Source: an uncultured virus (IMG/VR IMGVR_UViG_3300028591_000116) (taxonomy: Duplodnaviria; Heunggongvirae; Uroviricota; Caudoviricetes). From it: a stretch of 63,502 nt of DNA. The notes beneath the pieces are model-generated. The model saw only the letters and a list, made by a program, of their open reading frames with translations, had not been told where the DNA came from and made no database searches. The position numbers were made by a program, and so were the translations under genes. Location of the stretch: IMG/VR virus record IMGVR_UViG_3300028591_000116, one strand, 5' to 3'. Each line of letters begins with the position of its first letter. Position 1 is the first letter of the stretch. Of this stretch, positions 1 through 8,761 are shown piece by piece.

Positions 1-2
1 TA

Positions 3-1394
3 ATTCGTAATAACGCTAAAAATAACTTCATATTTATTGAATATCAATATTGGGATCTCGGTAAAGGCGATACTTATTTCAAAGAACAGTGTGAAGCTCT
101 TGAATATAATCAAGATGCTATTGACCGAGAAGTTCTTTGTAAATGGAAAGCGGTATCTACCGTTCATCCTCTTGGTCAGCAGGTTCTAACTTTACTTGAA
201 AAGAATAAACGAATGCCTATACATACTGTCATTTTGAATAAATTGTTTAGAATGAAGATGTATAAAGATCCTGAAACACTTGATTGGTCTATTCCATATA
301 TTATTGGTGGAGACTGTGCTAACAATGTAGGATCAGACTATTCTGCTTTAGTAATAATCAATCCTTATACGTATGAAGTAGTTGCTACTATACGAACAAA
401 TATGTTCAGTACCATGCTGTTTGCAGCTATGCTTGCTGATCTTATGAAAAAATACTTCTATAGATCAATCCTTGTTCTTGAAAGAAACTTGAATGGTGCT
501 ACTATTATAGATAGACTTATAGAAATTGATTTCTCATTGGCTAGTAGAATTTACGGACCAATGGATGAAAAGACTAAACAGATAAAAGAATTCGGTATTA
601 ATACTAATGAAAAGAGCCGTAAGATGGTTTATGGTCAGGTATTAAAGATAGCAGTAGATGACAGTTATGATCGTATTTACGATCGAGTTATTATAGATGA
701 AATTTCTTCTCTTATAACTACTAGAACAGGCAGAATCGACCACCCTGTTGGTGGACACGATGACTTGTTAATCAGTTATCTCTTTGCTAGATGGTTCTTA
801 TTGTTTGGTAATAACAAAGACAGATATATTAATCCGTTAACTATAGGTTGTATGGTTCAAGAATTTGAAAAGAATAAAGGAGATGAAGATCAAATGAGAA
901 GCATAATGAATGAAAAACTAAGTGATATCTCTGAAGAAAGCAAAAGAAAGAAAAAAGAAAACAATAACTCTGTTGTTGATACAGAAGTTAATATCAGTAG
1001 TACTGATCGTATCAAGAAACAGAGAGAAATGCTTAAACGCGGAGACGTAACTGAGTTAAACCTGAATAGAGTTAAATCTACAGCTAATGACGTCTTTAAC
1101 AGTATGTATGGAATGTTAAACGATAGATATGATGTAGATGTCAAAGATCAGCTAGAAAGACAAAATGATGACGGTAAACTGTATACTCTTGATCCTGAAG
1201 AAATGAAGAAAGACGAGGATAATCTGTACGACGAAAAGATTCAGATGAATGAATATAATAGAAATATGCACGACGATCTAGATACTAAAGTACAGGTTAT
1301 GCAAACCACTCCTCAGTTTATCCGAACTCAGCAAAGTCACGCAGACAACACAGTTAATGACGAGATGAGATATTTCTTTAGTCATTTACGATAA
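3..1394 (+). CDS. terL: Terminase large subunit, C-terminal nuclease domain plus acidic tail (5'-truncated by window)
   Basis: Frame open from position 3. RNase H-like terminase motifs YIIGGDCANNVGSDYSA, LVLERN and GGHDDLLISY. Confidence 0.8.
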   Translation: MRNNAKNNFIFIEYQYWDLGKGDTYFKEQCEALEYNQDAIDREVLCKWKAVSTVHPLGQQVLTLLEKNKRMPIHTVILNKLFRMKMYKDPETLDWSIPYIIGGDCANNVGSDYSALVIINPYTYEVVATIRTNMFSTMLFAAMLADLMKKYFYRSILVLERNLNGATIIDRLIEIDFSLASRIYGPMDEKTKQIKEFGINTNEKSRKMVYGQVLKIAVDDSYDRIYDRVIIDEISSLITTRTGRIDHPVGGHDDLLISYLFARWFLLFGNNKDRYINPLTIGCMVQEFEKNKGDEDQMRSIMNEKLSDISEESKRKKKENNNSVVDTEVNISSTDRIKKQREMLKRGDVTELNLNRVKSTANDVFNSMYGMLNDRYDVDVKDQLERQNDDGKLYTLDPEEMKKDEDNLYDEKIQMNEYNRNMHDDLDTKVQVMQTTPQFIRTQQSHADNTVNDEMRYFFSHLR

Positions 1395-1479
1395 AAGAAA
1401 AAGACTCCCTGACAATTCACATGACAGGGAGAATGAGAAACATGATAAATTTTTAAACAATGTATTACATTATAATGAA

Positions 1480-1671
1480 TTATTTAGATGTGGTATTTCT
1501 AAAATAACTCATGTCCGAATCTAAGTCTTGCTTAGAATAATTCGGACTGTAACACAAGTTTGAGTGGAGGGGTTCGTGTGCCCCTCCACTTTTTCTCGTG
1601 TACAAATAATATAATAATTCATCAATAGGAATTGTGTCTAGTATAGTTTTTAACTCATTAGTTATAACCAT
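1480..1671 (-). CDS. Small hypothetical protein
   Basis: 63 aa; GGAGG RBS; downstream of a TTCATATTAT promoter-like motif. Confidence 0.6.
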   Translation of the reverse strand: MVITNELKTILDTIPIDELLYYLYTRKSGGAHEPLHSNLCYSPNYSKQDLDSDMSYFRNTTSK

Positions 1672-1755
1672 ACAACCTCCAAAGTTTAAAATAATTTACT
1701 CCTTTTATTTCTCATTATTATAATATGAACGTGAAAGTCTATGTTGCTTGAAAAT

Positions 1756-1940
1756 CCACTACAACACTTCCACAAACATTTCGGCATTTATTAGTACACG
1801 GAGATGATCCGCAGTCATTATTAGCACCACCCACGCCACATAATGCTCCACACCATAATTGGTGGCCGCAAAACGCTTGACAACTTCTAGCATCACCATA
1901 ATACGGATCTGTATTCATGCAGAAACCTACACAACTTCCT
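1756..1940 (-). other. Cys-rich cassette 1 (GSCVGFCMN...CRNVCGS), right anchor out of frame
   Basis: AGGAAGTTGT at 1940-1931 and GTTGTAGTGG at 1765-1756; 185 bp, not a multiple of 3. Confidence 0.8.
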
Positions 1941-1946
1941 GAAAAT

Positions 1947-1958
1947 AACATCTTAATG
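1947..1958 (+). promoter_or_regulatory. Putative phage-RNAP promoter AACA-N6-TG for the sheath/tube operon
   Basis: AACA tcttaa TG; the same motif precedes several other operons. Confidence 0.55.
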
Positions 1959-2073
1959 ACTTGGTTACCGATAATTTAAAGCATTAAATATATCGTTTAA
2001 CTCTTTTATTATAGGTTTGTCAGGTTAATTATATAATTAACTTTTCTTTTATTTGATTTAGGAGGTCAGAGTA

Positions 2074-4200
2074 ATGATCATCTTCGACCCTAATTTCGAT
2101 TATGCTTTCTTCGATCAGTCCATTCCGGAAGACGAATATGAAACGCCAGCCCTTGATTCTAGCCTCGGCGCTTTAATCGCTGGTTTCTCTAGTCGTGGTG
2201 TGAAGAACAAAATAATTGAAAACCGCACTAGAGGTGCCCTTAAATCAAACTTTGGCGATGATTTTGTTAACTTTGATAAGTACGGTCAGGCTAACTTGCA
2301 CGCCATGAGATTGGCTACCTCTAAGGCCAGAGTATTCTTCTGCTCACTTTGTCCAGACGATGCTAAGGTCGCATATTCTGTCTTCGGTGTATCACTTAAG
2401 ACAAACGATAGAATTCCTGTCTACCTGAGGACAGATACTGTTCTTTCAGCAGATCGCACAATGGTATTGAACTTTGGTTCAGGATCATTTGTTCTCGACG
2501 CTAATGGTGAAAAGCAGCAAATCGAACTCACAGTCAATGGAACTCCTGCTCAGGGAACTGAAGGGGAAGACGGATATGTTCCAGCTGTTCCTGGCGGAAC
2601 ACAACTTGTTACTACTTCTGGCGTAGTATTGAAAACCGAAACCGTTACATTACAGAACACAAACTGGTTTGATAACGATGGTAACCCAACAGGTTATACA
2701 GGTGAAACTATTACACTTGATAGTGGAACAGAAAACGAACGAACATTCTATCCATTATTTGCTGTTTACTACTATTCACGTGGTAAAGGTGGAAACTATT
2801 TCGCTTATCGTATTAATCGTCAGACTAATCGCGATAAGAAGTCTGTTGACGGACGTCGTTACAAATTATACTTCTACGAACTTCTTAGTACTGGTAGTTA
2901 TAAGCCACTCTATGGTGGTGAAGACTTTAACTTCTCATTTAACAAAGACGCTGTTTATAGTTCAGTTGATACAACTTCTGAATTCCTCGGAAACGTTTAC
3001 GTTAATATCGACGAAAAGAGCGAGAATAAACCCCTCCAGCTCATTACTTACAATGATTCTTATGAAGCACTTCTTGATGCAATTGTTGCAGCAGGAGCTA
3101 ACGAAGAGTCTAGCAAGTACGATATTGATGTACTGAACTGTATTTTCAAGAACGGTAATTCTTACAACAAGATCGTTGAACCTTCGGATTCAATCGATAT
3201 TGAAAATACTATTATCACTCTTGATCACGGAACAGATGGTAGTATTGAAGTTGGAAACACAGTTAAAATCAACGGTGTTGATACTGTTGTTACTAAGGAA
3301 ATCGCTGATGCTAAGAAAGAGGAACTTCTCGTTAAGTTCTTCAACTGTGATGTAGACGAAGATATCTTTGATGAGAAGATTACCGATATCGATATTCTTC
3401 CTGACGAGAATTATCCTGCTTCTGTTAAACAGGCTATTATGTCTGAATTCAGCAAATATCGTCCTGATATCCATCTTGGTATGGACCTTGGAACAGATGT
3501 TAAAACTGCTGAAGAAAGTATTAGTAAGTTCCGCGAAATTAACTCTTTCGTAAACAGTGACTGGTCATTCATGGTTTCTGTCTATGGACAGGCCGGTTTA
3601 CTTAGCGATAAAGCAATCGATGGTTCTCCTCGTGTAGTTACTTCTACTTACGACTGGGCTGCTGGTCTCGCAGACAACTTTGCTACTGGAAACGGCGCAT
3701 TCACAATGCGTGCTGGTGCTAATCGCGGTCGTGTTTCTTATTTCAGACCTTTCTGGGTTGGTAAGAAAAACAAAGCTAACACACTTGAGACACTCGAAGA
3801 ACTGCATATTAACAACATTCAGTATCTGAACAAACAGAAACAGCTTGTTTATATGCTCGAAGATACTCAGTATGAAGTGTCAACATCTAAGATGATGTCA
3901 GTTCGTAACAGTATCGTAGTTGGTCGTCTTATCCGTATGTGTGCTGGTGTTACACCTTACTACAAGTTTGATGAACGTAATATTGATCAGACTATGGAAA
4001 GTTGTAAGTCTGCTCTTAAGAAGAATCTTAAGGCTGCAAAAGTTCCAGCTAACATTCTGGTAGAATTTAGCGTTTACCAGACAAAAGAAGACGCAAAAGA
4101 AGAGAATGCTCATATCGGCATCGATATCACATTCCCTAACTATATCAAGAAGTTCCATGTAGAGATCAGGGCTCATCGTCCTAGTCCTGCTGAGAGATAA
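2074..4200 (+). CDS. Contractile tail sheath protein
   Basis: 708 aa; AGGAGG RBS; sheath-like N-terminus (GFSSRG...FG...YGQA) and C-terminus (SVRNSIVVGRLIR...IDITFPNYIKKFHVEI); directly upstream of a tube-like gene. Confidence 0.75.
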   Translation: MIIFDPNFDYAFFDQSIPEDEYETPALDSSLGALIAGFSSRGVKNKIIENRTRGALKSNFGDDFVNFDKYGQANLHAMRLATSKARVFFCSLCPDDAKVAYSVFGVSLKTNDRIPVYLRTDTVLSADRTMVLNFGSGSFVLDANGEKQQIELTVNGTPAQGTEGEDGYVPAVPGGTQLVTTSGVVLKTETVTLQNTNWFDNDGNPTGYTGETITLDSGTENERTFYPLFAVYYYSRGKGGNYFAYRINRQTNRDKKSVDGRRYKLYFYELLSTGSYKPLYGGEDFNFSFNKDAVYSSVDTTSEFLGNVYVNIDEKSENKPLQLITYNDSYEALLDAIVAAGANEESSKYDIDVLNCIFKNGNSYNKIVEPSDSIDIENTIITLDHGTDGSIEVGNTVKINGVDTVVTKEIADAKKEELLVKFFNCDVDEDIFDEKITDIDILPDENYPASVKQAIMSEFSKYRPDIHLGMDLGTDVKTAEESISKFREINSFVNSDWSFMVSVYGQAGLLSDKAIDGSPRVVTSTYDWAAGLADNFATGNGAFTMRAGANRGRVSYFRPFWVGKKNKANTLETLEELHINNIQYLNKQKQLVYMLEDTQYEVSTSKMMSVRNSIVVGRLIRMCAGVTPYYKFDERNIDQTMESCKSALKKNLKAAKVPANILVEFSVYQTKEDAKEENAHIGIDITFPNYIKKFHVEIRAHRPSPAER

Positions 4201-4213
4201 TTAGGAGCGCAAA

Positions 4214-5332
4214 ATGGCAGAATCTAAATACGTAAACGGCGCCGATCAGGCAACTTACGGTGTTAACGGTATTGTCGGAGATCGCTTCACTTCAGTAGCT
4301 GGATGGGAGCATGGTACTGTTGGTTTTGCTGGTAATGTATATTCTCGCCTTGCAGCTGAGAATGGTATTCAGCCAGTAGATCCTACAATTACTGGATCTC
4401 GCGAACCGTTTAAAGTTGGACGCTTCTTACTTAAGATCTTGAAGAATGTTCCATTCTTTGATCCTAAAGTTATGGAAGCTTGGAGATATATTATTGAAGA
4501 CAGTTCTCTGGAATTCTCTGGTATCCAGTCATATCAGCTTGAAACATTCCAGAAAACACACGGTGTTATTCGTCAGAATAGTACATATGTCGGAATCTAT
4601 AAGGAAAATAATGGTGATTTCACTATTAAAGTACCTGAAACTGCTGGTCAGCTTGTAAGAAAAGCTATTGACTACTGGCACTTCGGAATGAGCGATCCGA
4701 AGACTGGTGTTGCGCATTTCTATGGAAAGGATATCCGCGACCTTCAGCCAAACAAGTCAATGACTATTCTCTACGTGCTCCTTGGACCAACATGTAGACC
4801 TGAAGATATTGAATATGCTGCAATCTATCACGATTGTGTATGTACTACACCTAAACATGACCACGTTAACGCTGGTGCTCTCGGTGAAGCAGGACAGGGT
4901 GTTGAACACGACTTGACATTCTCTGGAATCTTCGACCGTGGTCCAGAAGTTGACCGTCTTGCTGCTGTTATTGTAGACCGCGAAGGACTTTATGAGGAAC
5001 GTTCTCAGAATGCTCTTCTTCCTGCTTACGTTTACAAAGAATGGCTTGGTGAAGACTCTGCTGATAACATTAACGCAGCTGGTATGACATTAGTTGACCG
5101 TCTTGCAGCATCTGTTGATCTTCCTACAGATGGCGAAAGTGGCATTAATGACGATGGTGGCATGAAAGTTGCCAAAGAAATACTTGCTGGTATTGATGTA
5201 AAAACAAATCAGGAAGCTTTCTATACTGATCTATCAACAGTAGGTGAAACTGCACGTGCAGATACTTCAGATAGTACAGTACCAGATGGTAAGACTGGTG
5301 CTAACGCTGGTGAAACTCCTGCGGCACAATAA
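4214..5332 (+). CDS. Tail tube protein (putative)
   Basis: Follows sheath; AGGAG RBS; tube-like segment FTIKVPETAGQLVRKAIDYWHFGMSDPKTG. Confidence 0.65.
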   Translation: MAESKYVNGADQATYGVNGIVGDRFTSVAGWEHGTVGFAGNVYSRLAAENGIQPVDPTITGSREPFKVGRFLLKILKNVPFFDPKVMEAWRYIIEDSSLEFSGIQSYQLETFQKTHGVIRQNSTYVGIYKENNGDFTIKVPETAGQLVRKAIDYWHFGMSDPKTGVAHFYGKDIRDLQPNKSMTILYVLLGPTCRPEDIEYAAIYHDCVCTTPKHDHVNAGALGEAGQGVEHDLTFSGIFDRGPEVDRLAAVIVDREGLYEERSQNALLPAYVYKEWLGEDSADNINAAGMTLVDRLAASVDLPTDGESGINDDGGMKVAKEILAGIDVKTNQEAFYTDLSTVGETARADTSDSTVPDGKTGANAGETPAAQ

Positions 5333-5376
5333 CCATCAATCTTTAATATATCGATAACATAAATAATGATTAAAAT

Positions 5377-5398
5377 CCTAGGCCCTACGTGGCCTAGG
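5377..5398 (+). terminator. Intrinsic terminator of the sheath/tube operon
   Basis: CCTAGGCC-ctacgt-GGCCTAGG followed by a long T tract. Confidence 0.75.
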
Positions 5399-5422
5399 TA
5401 ACTTTTTTGTTTTTCTTTTTAA

Positions 5423-5662
5423 CCACTACAACCACCAGTACATCCAGCCCTAGTAGGACTACGACAGTGTGCGCTACAAGAAGTTTGACAACCTCCAGAG
5501 CAAGTGGTGTTAGAACAATCTCCAGCACACCAACCGCTTCCTCCTTGACCAGTAGCACAAATCTCATAACAAGATTGACGCATATTACAGTTAGCGGCGG
5601 AACAATTCATCCAACACATTGAAACGTGACAAGAAGCAGTACATCTATTTACACAACTTCCT
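5423..5662 (-). other. Cys-rich cassette 2 (GSCVNRCTASC...GCTGGCSG)
   Basis: Both anchors; 240 bp, stop-free; no RBS/ATG upstream; lies between two terminators. Confidence 0.85.
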
Positions 5663-5678
5663 AATAAAAGAAAAAAGA

Positions 5679-5702
5679 ACAGGAGGCATTAATGCCTCCT
5701 GT
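5679..5702 (-). terminator. Intrinsic terminator downstream of the CYTH gene
   Basis: Palindrome ACAGGAGGCATTAATGCCTCCTGT with an A-tract on its left (U tract on the minus strand). Confidence 0.75.
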
Positions 5703-5708
5703 CTATTA

Positions 5709-6437
5709 TTACTTGGTTTCAATACCAAGAATGTCCTGCCAATTTCTATTATCTTTTGTAGCAGGATCTAACCCAAGCTGCCGAAATATACGACAAATAC
5801 GTCCTTCATATTCATCGATCTTCCAATCCTGGGTTCCCATCTGATCTTGAAGTTCTTTAGTGGTTTCAATCTCTACATACCATACACCATTTTTATCATA
5901 ACTGTCTCTAGATACATAGACAATCTCTATATTGAAAGGTTCAGCTTCAAGAGTATAGAATATTGAAAACTTACATTTTGAGAACTTTTTAACAAGGCCA
6001 AGAGTTTTGAATAATTTAAATGGAGAATACCAATCTTCATTAGCAAGTGTTATTTCTTCTTCAGTATTATTCTCGTATCCATTTTTAACAGATTTAAGTT
6101 TAGATGTGACGTAAACTTTAGTATCAATTTCGTCTGGCCCAAATGCATAACACATGAATCCGTCAATATCACGTTCATCTTCAAGAATTCCAATTGCTTG
6201 ATCTGTGAAGATCCTATCGGTACGTAAAATATGACAAGGAACTGTTTTCTCAACAGAACGAATTCTAAGTACTTTCTTATCGTATCCGATATCACCATGA
6301 TCGTCTCTAAGATACACGTCTTCTTTGTTTTCACAGAAGAAACAGTTATTACGACCAAGAGTACCGAACTTATCGATTACTTCTCTCAATTTGCCATCAG
6401 GAATTGGAACTTTAGTTTCAATCTCAGTTATTTCCAT
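5709..6437 (-). CDS. CYTH-domain (triphosphate tunnel metalloenzyme / class IV adenylate cyclase-like) protein
   Basis: N-terminal EIETK (ExExK) motif, LRIR, YVEIE; AGGAG RBS before the ATG at 6437. Confidence 0.75.
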   Translation of the reverse strand: MEITEIETKVPIPDGKLREVIDKFGTLGRNNCFFCENKEDVYLRDDHGDIGYDKKVLRIRSVEKTVPCHILRTDRIFTDQAIGILEDERDIDGFMCYAFGPDEIDTKVYVTSKLKSVKNGYENNTEEEITLANEDWYSPFKLFKTLGLVKKFSKCKFSIFYTLEAEPFNIEIVYVSRDSYDKNGVWYVEIETTKELQDQMGTQDWKIDEYEGRICRIFRQLGLDPATKDNRNWQDILGIETK

Positions 6438-6587
6438 CTCTTTTCTCCTTTTCATTATACCAAGGATTTAGTTCAATATCATCACAAGCTACATTATCAG
6501 TTTTACCATGTCTTCTCAGATAGCATACGCTGAAATGCACGCAGTCGGTACAATCATTTTTTTTTTATTTTCAGATTTTTCCTTCAT
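6424..6587 (-). pseudogene. Small CxxC-containing gene frameshifted in an A10 run
   Basis: AAGGA RBS plus ATG at 6587. One extra A in the 6557-6566 run gives a continuous MKEKSENKKKNDCTDCVHFSVC...NN* frame overlapping the CYTH start. Confidence 0.45.
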
Positions 6588-6596
6588 GACGTTTCC

Positions 6597-6998
6597 TTAG
6601 TTAAATATCATTTTTATAACTTTGCATTTCAATTCTACATCTTTACCATTTAAATAAGAATAGAATTGTTCCAAATCCATACCATAAATTGTGATACATA
6701 TATTAGGTTGCAGATAAATTTTAATACACTGTGATGTTTTAATACACTGTAATATCTCATTACATTGGATTAAAACAAGAGAAGTATTATCGCTCAAACT
6801 GTAATTAAAAACTACAATTCTACCAAACTCATCTTTAATTTGTAAATAGTATGTGGATGAACCATTGATATATTGATTGAGTTTAGTTACAACGTTATTA
6901 TCCGTGTTAATATATTTATATTCGTTAAATTTTTCAGCAAAACAATTTAACGATAAAACGAATAATGCAATCACGATAAACACGTTTCTTTTCTTCAT
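6597..6998 (-). CDS. Hypothetical exported protein
   Basis: Signal-peptide-like N-terminus MKKRNVFIVIALFVLSLNCFA. Confidence 0.65.
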   Translation of the reverse strand: MKKRNVFIVIALFVLSLNCFAEKFNEYKYINTDNNVVTKLNQYINGSSTYYLQIKDEFGRIVVFNYSLSDNTSLVLIQCNEILQCIKTSQCIKIYLQPNICITIYGMDLEQFYSYLNGKDVELKCKVIKMIFN

Positions 6999-7288
6999 AA
7001 TGTTTCTTTTCCACCTAAAATCATGATATGGTCAGTAATTTCTGCAGGTTGTTTATCACTGGCGATCATCAATCTGACACAATGTTCGTGCTTTTCACCA
7101 TCCTCGTCGATGACAACTAAATCGCCTTCTTCGTTTAAAGGTTCTTTAGTATCGTTGTCAAGGTCTTGTGTGTTGACAACGATTTCATTGTTAATAAACC
7201 CTGGGATTCCAACTAATGCTTCACACAGGAAATCACGTAATTTTAATGCTTTTTCTTTCGAAGCATTCTCAAAGACTAAAGTTAGCAT
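6995..7288 (-). CDS. Hypothetical protein
   Basis: AGGAG RBS; 4-nt overlap with the next gene. Confidence 0.7.
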   Translation of the reverse strand: MLTLVFENASKEKALKLRDFLCEALVGIPGFINNEIVVNTQDLDNDTKEPLNEEGDLVVIDEDGEKHEHCVRLMIASDKQPAEITDHIMILGGKETL

Positions 7289-7309
7289 AATTTTATTCTC
7301 CTTTATTCA

Positions 7310-7546
7310 TTAATCTGGATAGTCATATTCAACTGGTTCAGCAACAACGATATGTATTTGTCTATCACTTTGCGCAGCAGTTTGCTTTTCAATTTGTTCG
7401 AAAACGTTTATAAGTTCCAATGTTTCGTCGTCTACTTTTACTTTACAAACCATGTGCTTTAAAGCCTTGATAGCAATTTGCATTTGGTCTAAAGTAATTA
7501 TTTCATCCATGGTTGCACCATTTTTATCGAATCCGATACCACACAT
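7310..7546 (-). CDS. Hypothetical protein
   Basis: AGGAGG RBS. Confidence 0.7.
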   Translation of the reverse strand: MCGIGFDKNGATMDEIITLDQMQIAIKALKHMVCKVKVDDETLELINVFEQIEKQTAAQSDRQIHIVVAEPVEYDYPD

Positions 7547-7580
7547 ATTTTTCCTCCTTTATTTTAAAGAACTATAATTC

Positions 7581-8435
7581 TTAGATGTGATATATTTTAG
7601 CAGCAATCATGTCTGCGTGGTGCAACAACAAAACCTCTGGAACTTTCTCAGTAATACTACTGAAATCCATAGTTTCCTGTTTAGAGGTGTCAAAGCATCC
7701 CATATGGTAAGCAACAGCAAGTTCCCAGTTCTTAGAAACGAAGAACATCGCGTCAACCATTCTACGGTATGATTCTGCTCCATGCTGGAAACTAGGTTCA
7801 GCATTTTTGTTGTAATCGTATACATCTTTTGTTGGATTATAAACGTATTTACCAACCTTGCAGAGATCATGTAGAAGAATAGCCATATAGTTACTTGCTA
7901 CGCTGTCACAAGCATTTCTAATATTATAATTAGATACAGGTTCGAGATAAACTTTATATGTCTGCAATACAGCCATCAATACTGTAATAGAATGTCTGAA
8001 CAATCCACCACAGAATGCACCATGATATTTTGTTGAAGCAGGACATGTAAAGAATTCTTCTGGTATACGAGCAAATTCAGTTTCAATTTCTTCCAAAATA
8101 TTCTTTCTAATATAGTAGAAATCGATACTTACTTCTGTTGATTTGATTACAGCGTCTGTATCTAAGTTCTTGAATATAGCTGAATACAATTTAAACATGA
8201 ACATAATGTATTTGAAATACATCTTGCGTATCTCAATATTTGTTGATGTTAATAACTCAGCAGATGTTAAACGTGATTCATTTTCAATCATTTCTTTGAT
8301 TTCACATTCAATACCTTTTAAGTAATCCGTACAGCTGATCTTACCTTTATTTTGTAACACTTTAATCAAGTGTGTTACCTCGTTATTCAATAACGAATCA
8401 TTCAGATTTTCAGCTTCTTTTGTGTGTAGTTCCAT
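7581..8435 (-). CDS. HD-domain phosphohydrolase
   Basis: PAS..YHGAFCGGLFRHS, LLHDLCK, QHG, YH and HHAD motifs. Confidence 0.8.
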   Translation of the reverse strand: MELHTKEAENLNDSLLNNEVTHLIKVLQNKGKISCTDYLKGIECEIKEMIENESRLTSAELLTSTNIEIRKMYFKYIMFMFKLYSAIFKNLDTDAVIKSTEVSIDFYYIRKNILEEIETEFARIPEEFFTCPASTKYHGAFCGGLFRHSITVLMAVLQTYKVYLEPVSNYNIRNACDSVASNYMAILLHDLCKVGKYVYNPTKDVYDYNKNAEPSFQHGAESYRRMVDAMFFVSKNWELAVAYHMGCFDTSKQETMDFSSITEKVPEVLLLHHADMIAAKIYHI

Positions 8436-8488
8436 AACTAACCTCCATATTATTAATGAAATATATAAAGTATTATTACTTTATTAGC

Positions 8489-8692
8489 AGGAAGCTGTGT
8501 AAATGAAAACTGTAAAATACAGTGTCAATGGCCGAGTTGGTGTAATAACATGTGCGGAGGTGTACCTTGTACTAATACATGTGTAAACTCGGATTGTCAT
8601 TATGATTGCATATCTGGATGGAGTAATCAGCGTATACAAACGTGTGATAAATGCTATACTAGGATGTGTGGCGATAGTAGTGGTTGTAGTGG
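8489..8692 (+). other. Cys-rich cassette 3 (GSCVNENCKIQC...DSSGCSG)
   Basis: AGGAAGCTGT ... GTTGTAGTGG; 204 bp, stop-free; between divergent promoters. Confidence 0.85.
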
Positions 8693-8709
8693 TATAAATT
8701 TAAATCAAA

Positions 8710-8721
8710 AACATTTTTATA
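8710..8721 (+). promoter_or_regulatory. Putative promoter AACA-N6-TA for the tape measure operon
   Basis: AACA ttttta TA. Confidence 0.5.
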
Positions 8722-8761
8722 GCGCTAATATTTAAAAAATGTTCAAAAACCTATATAGGAA

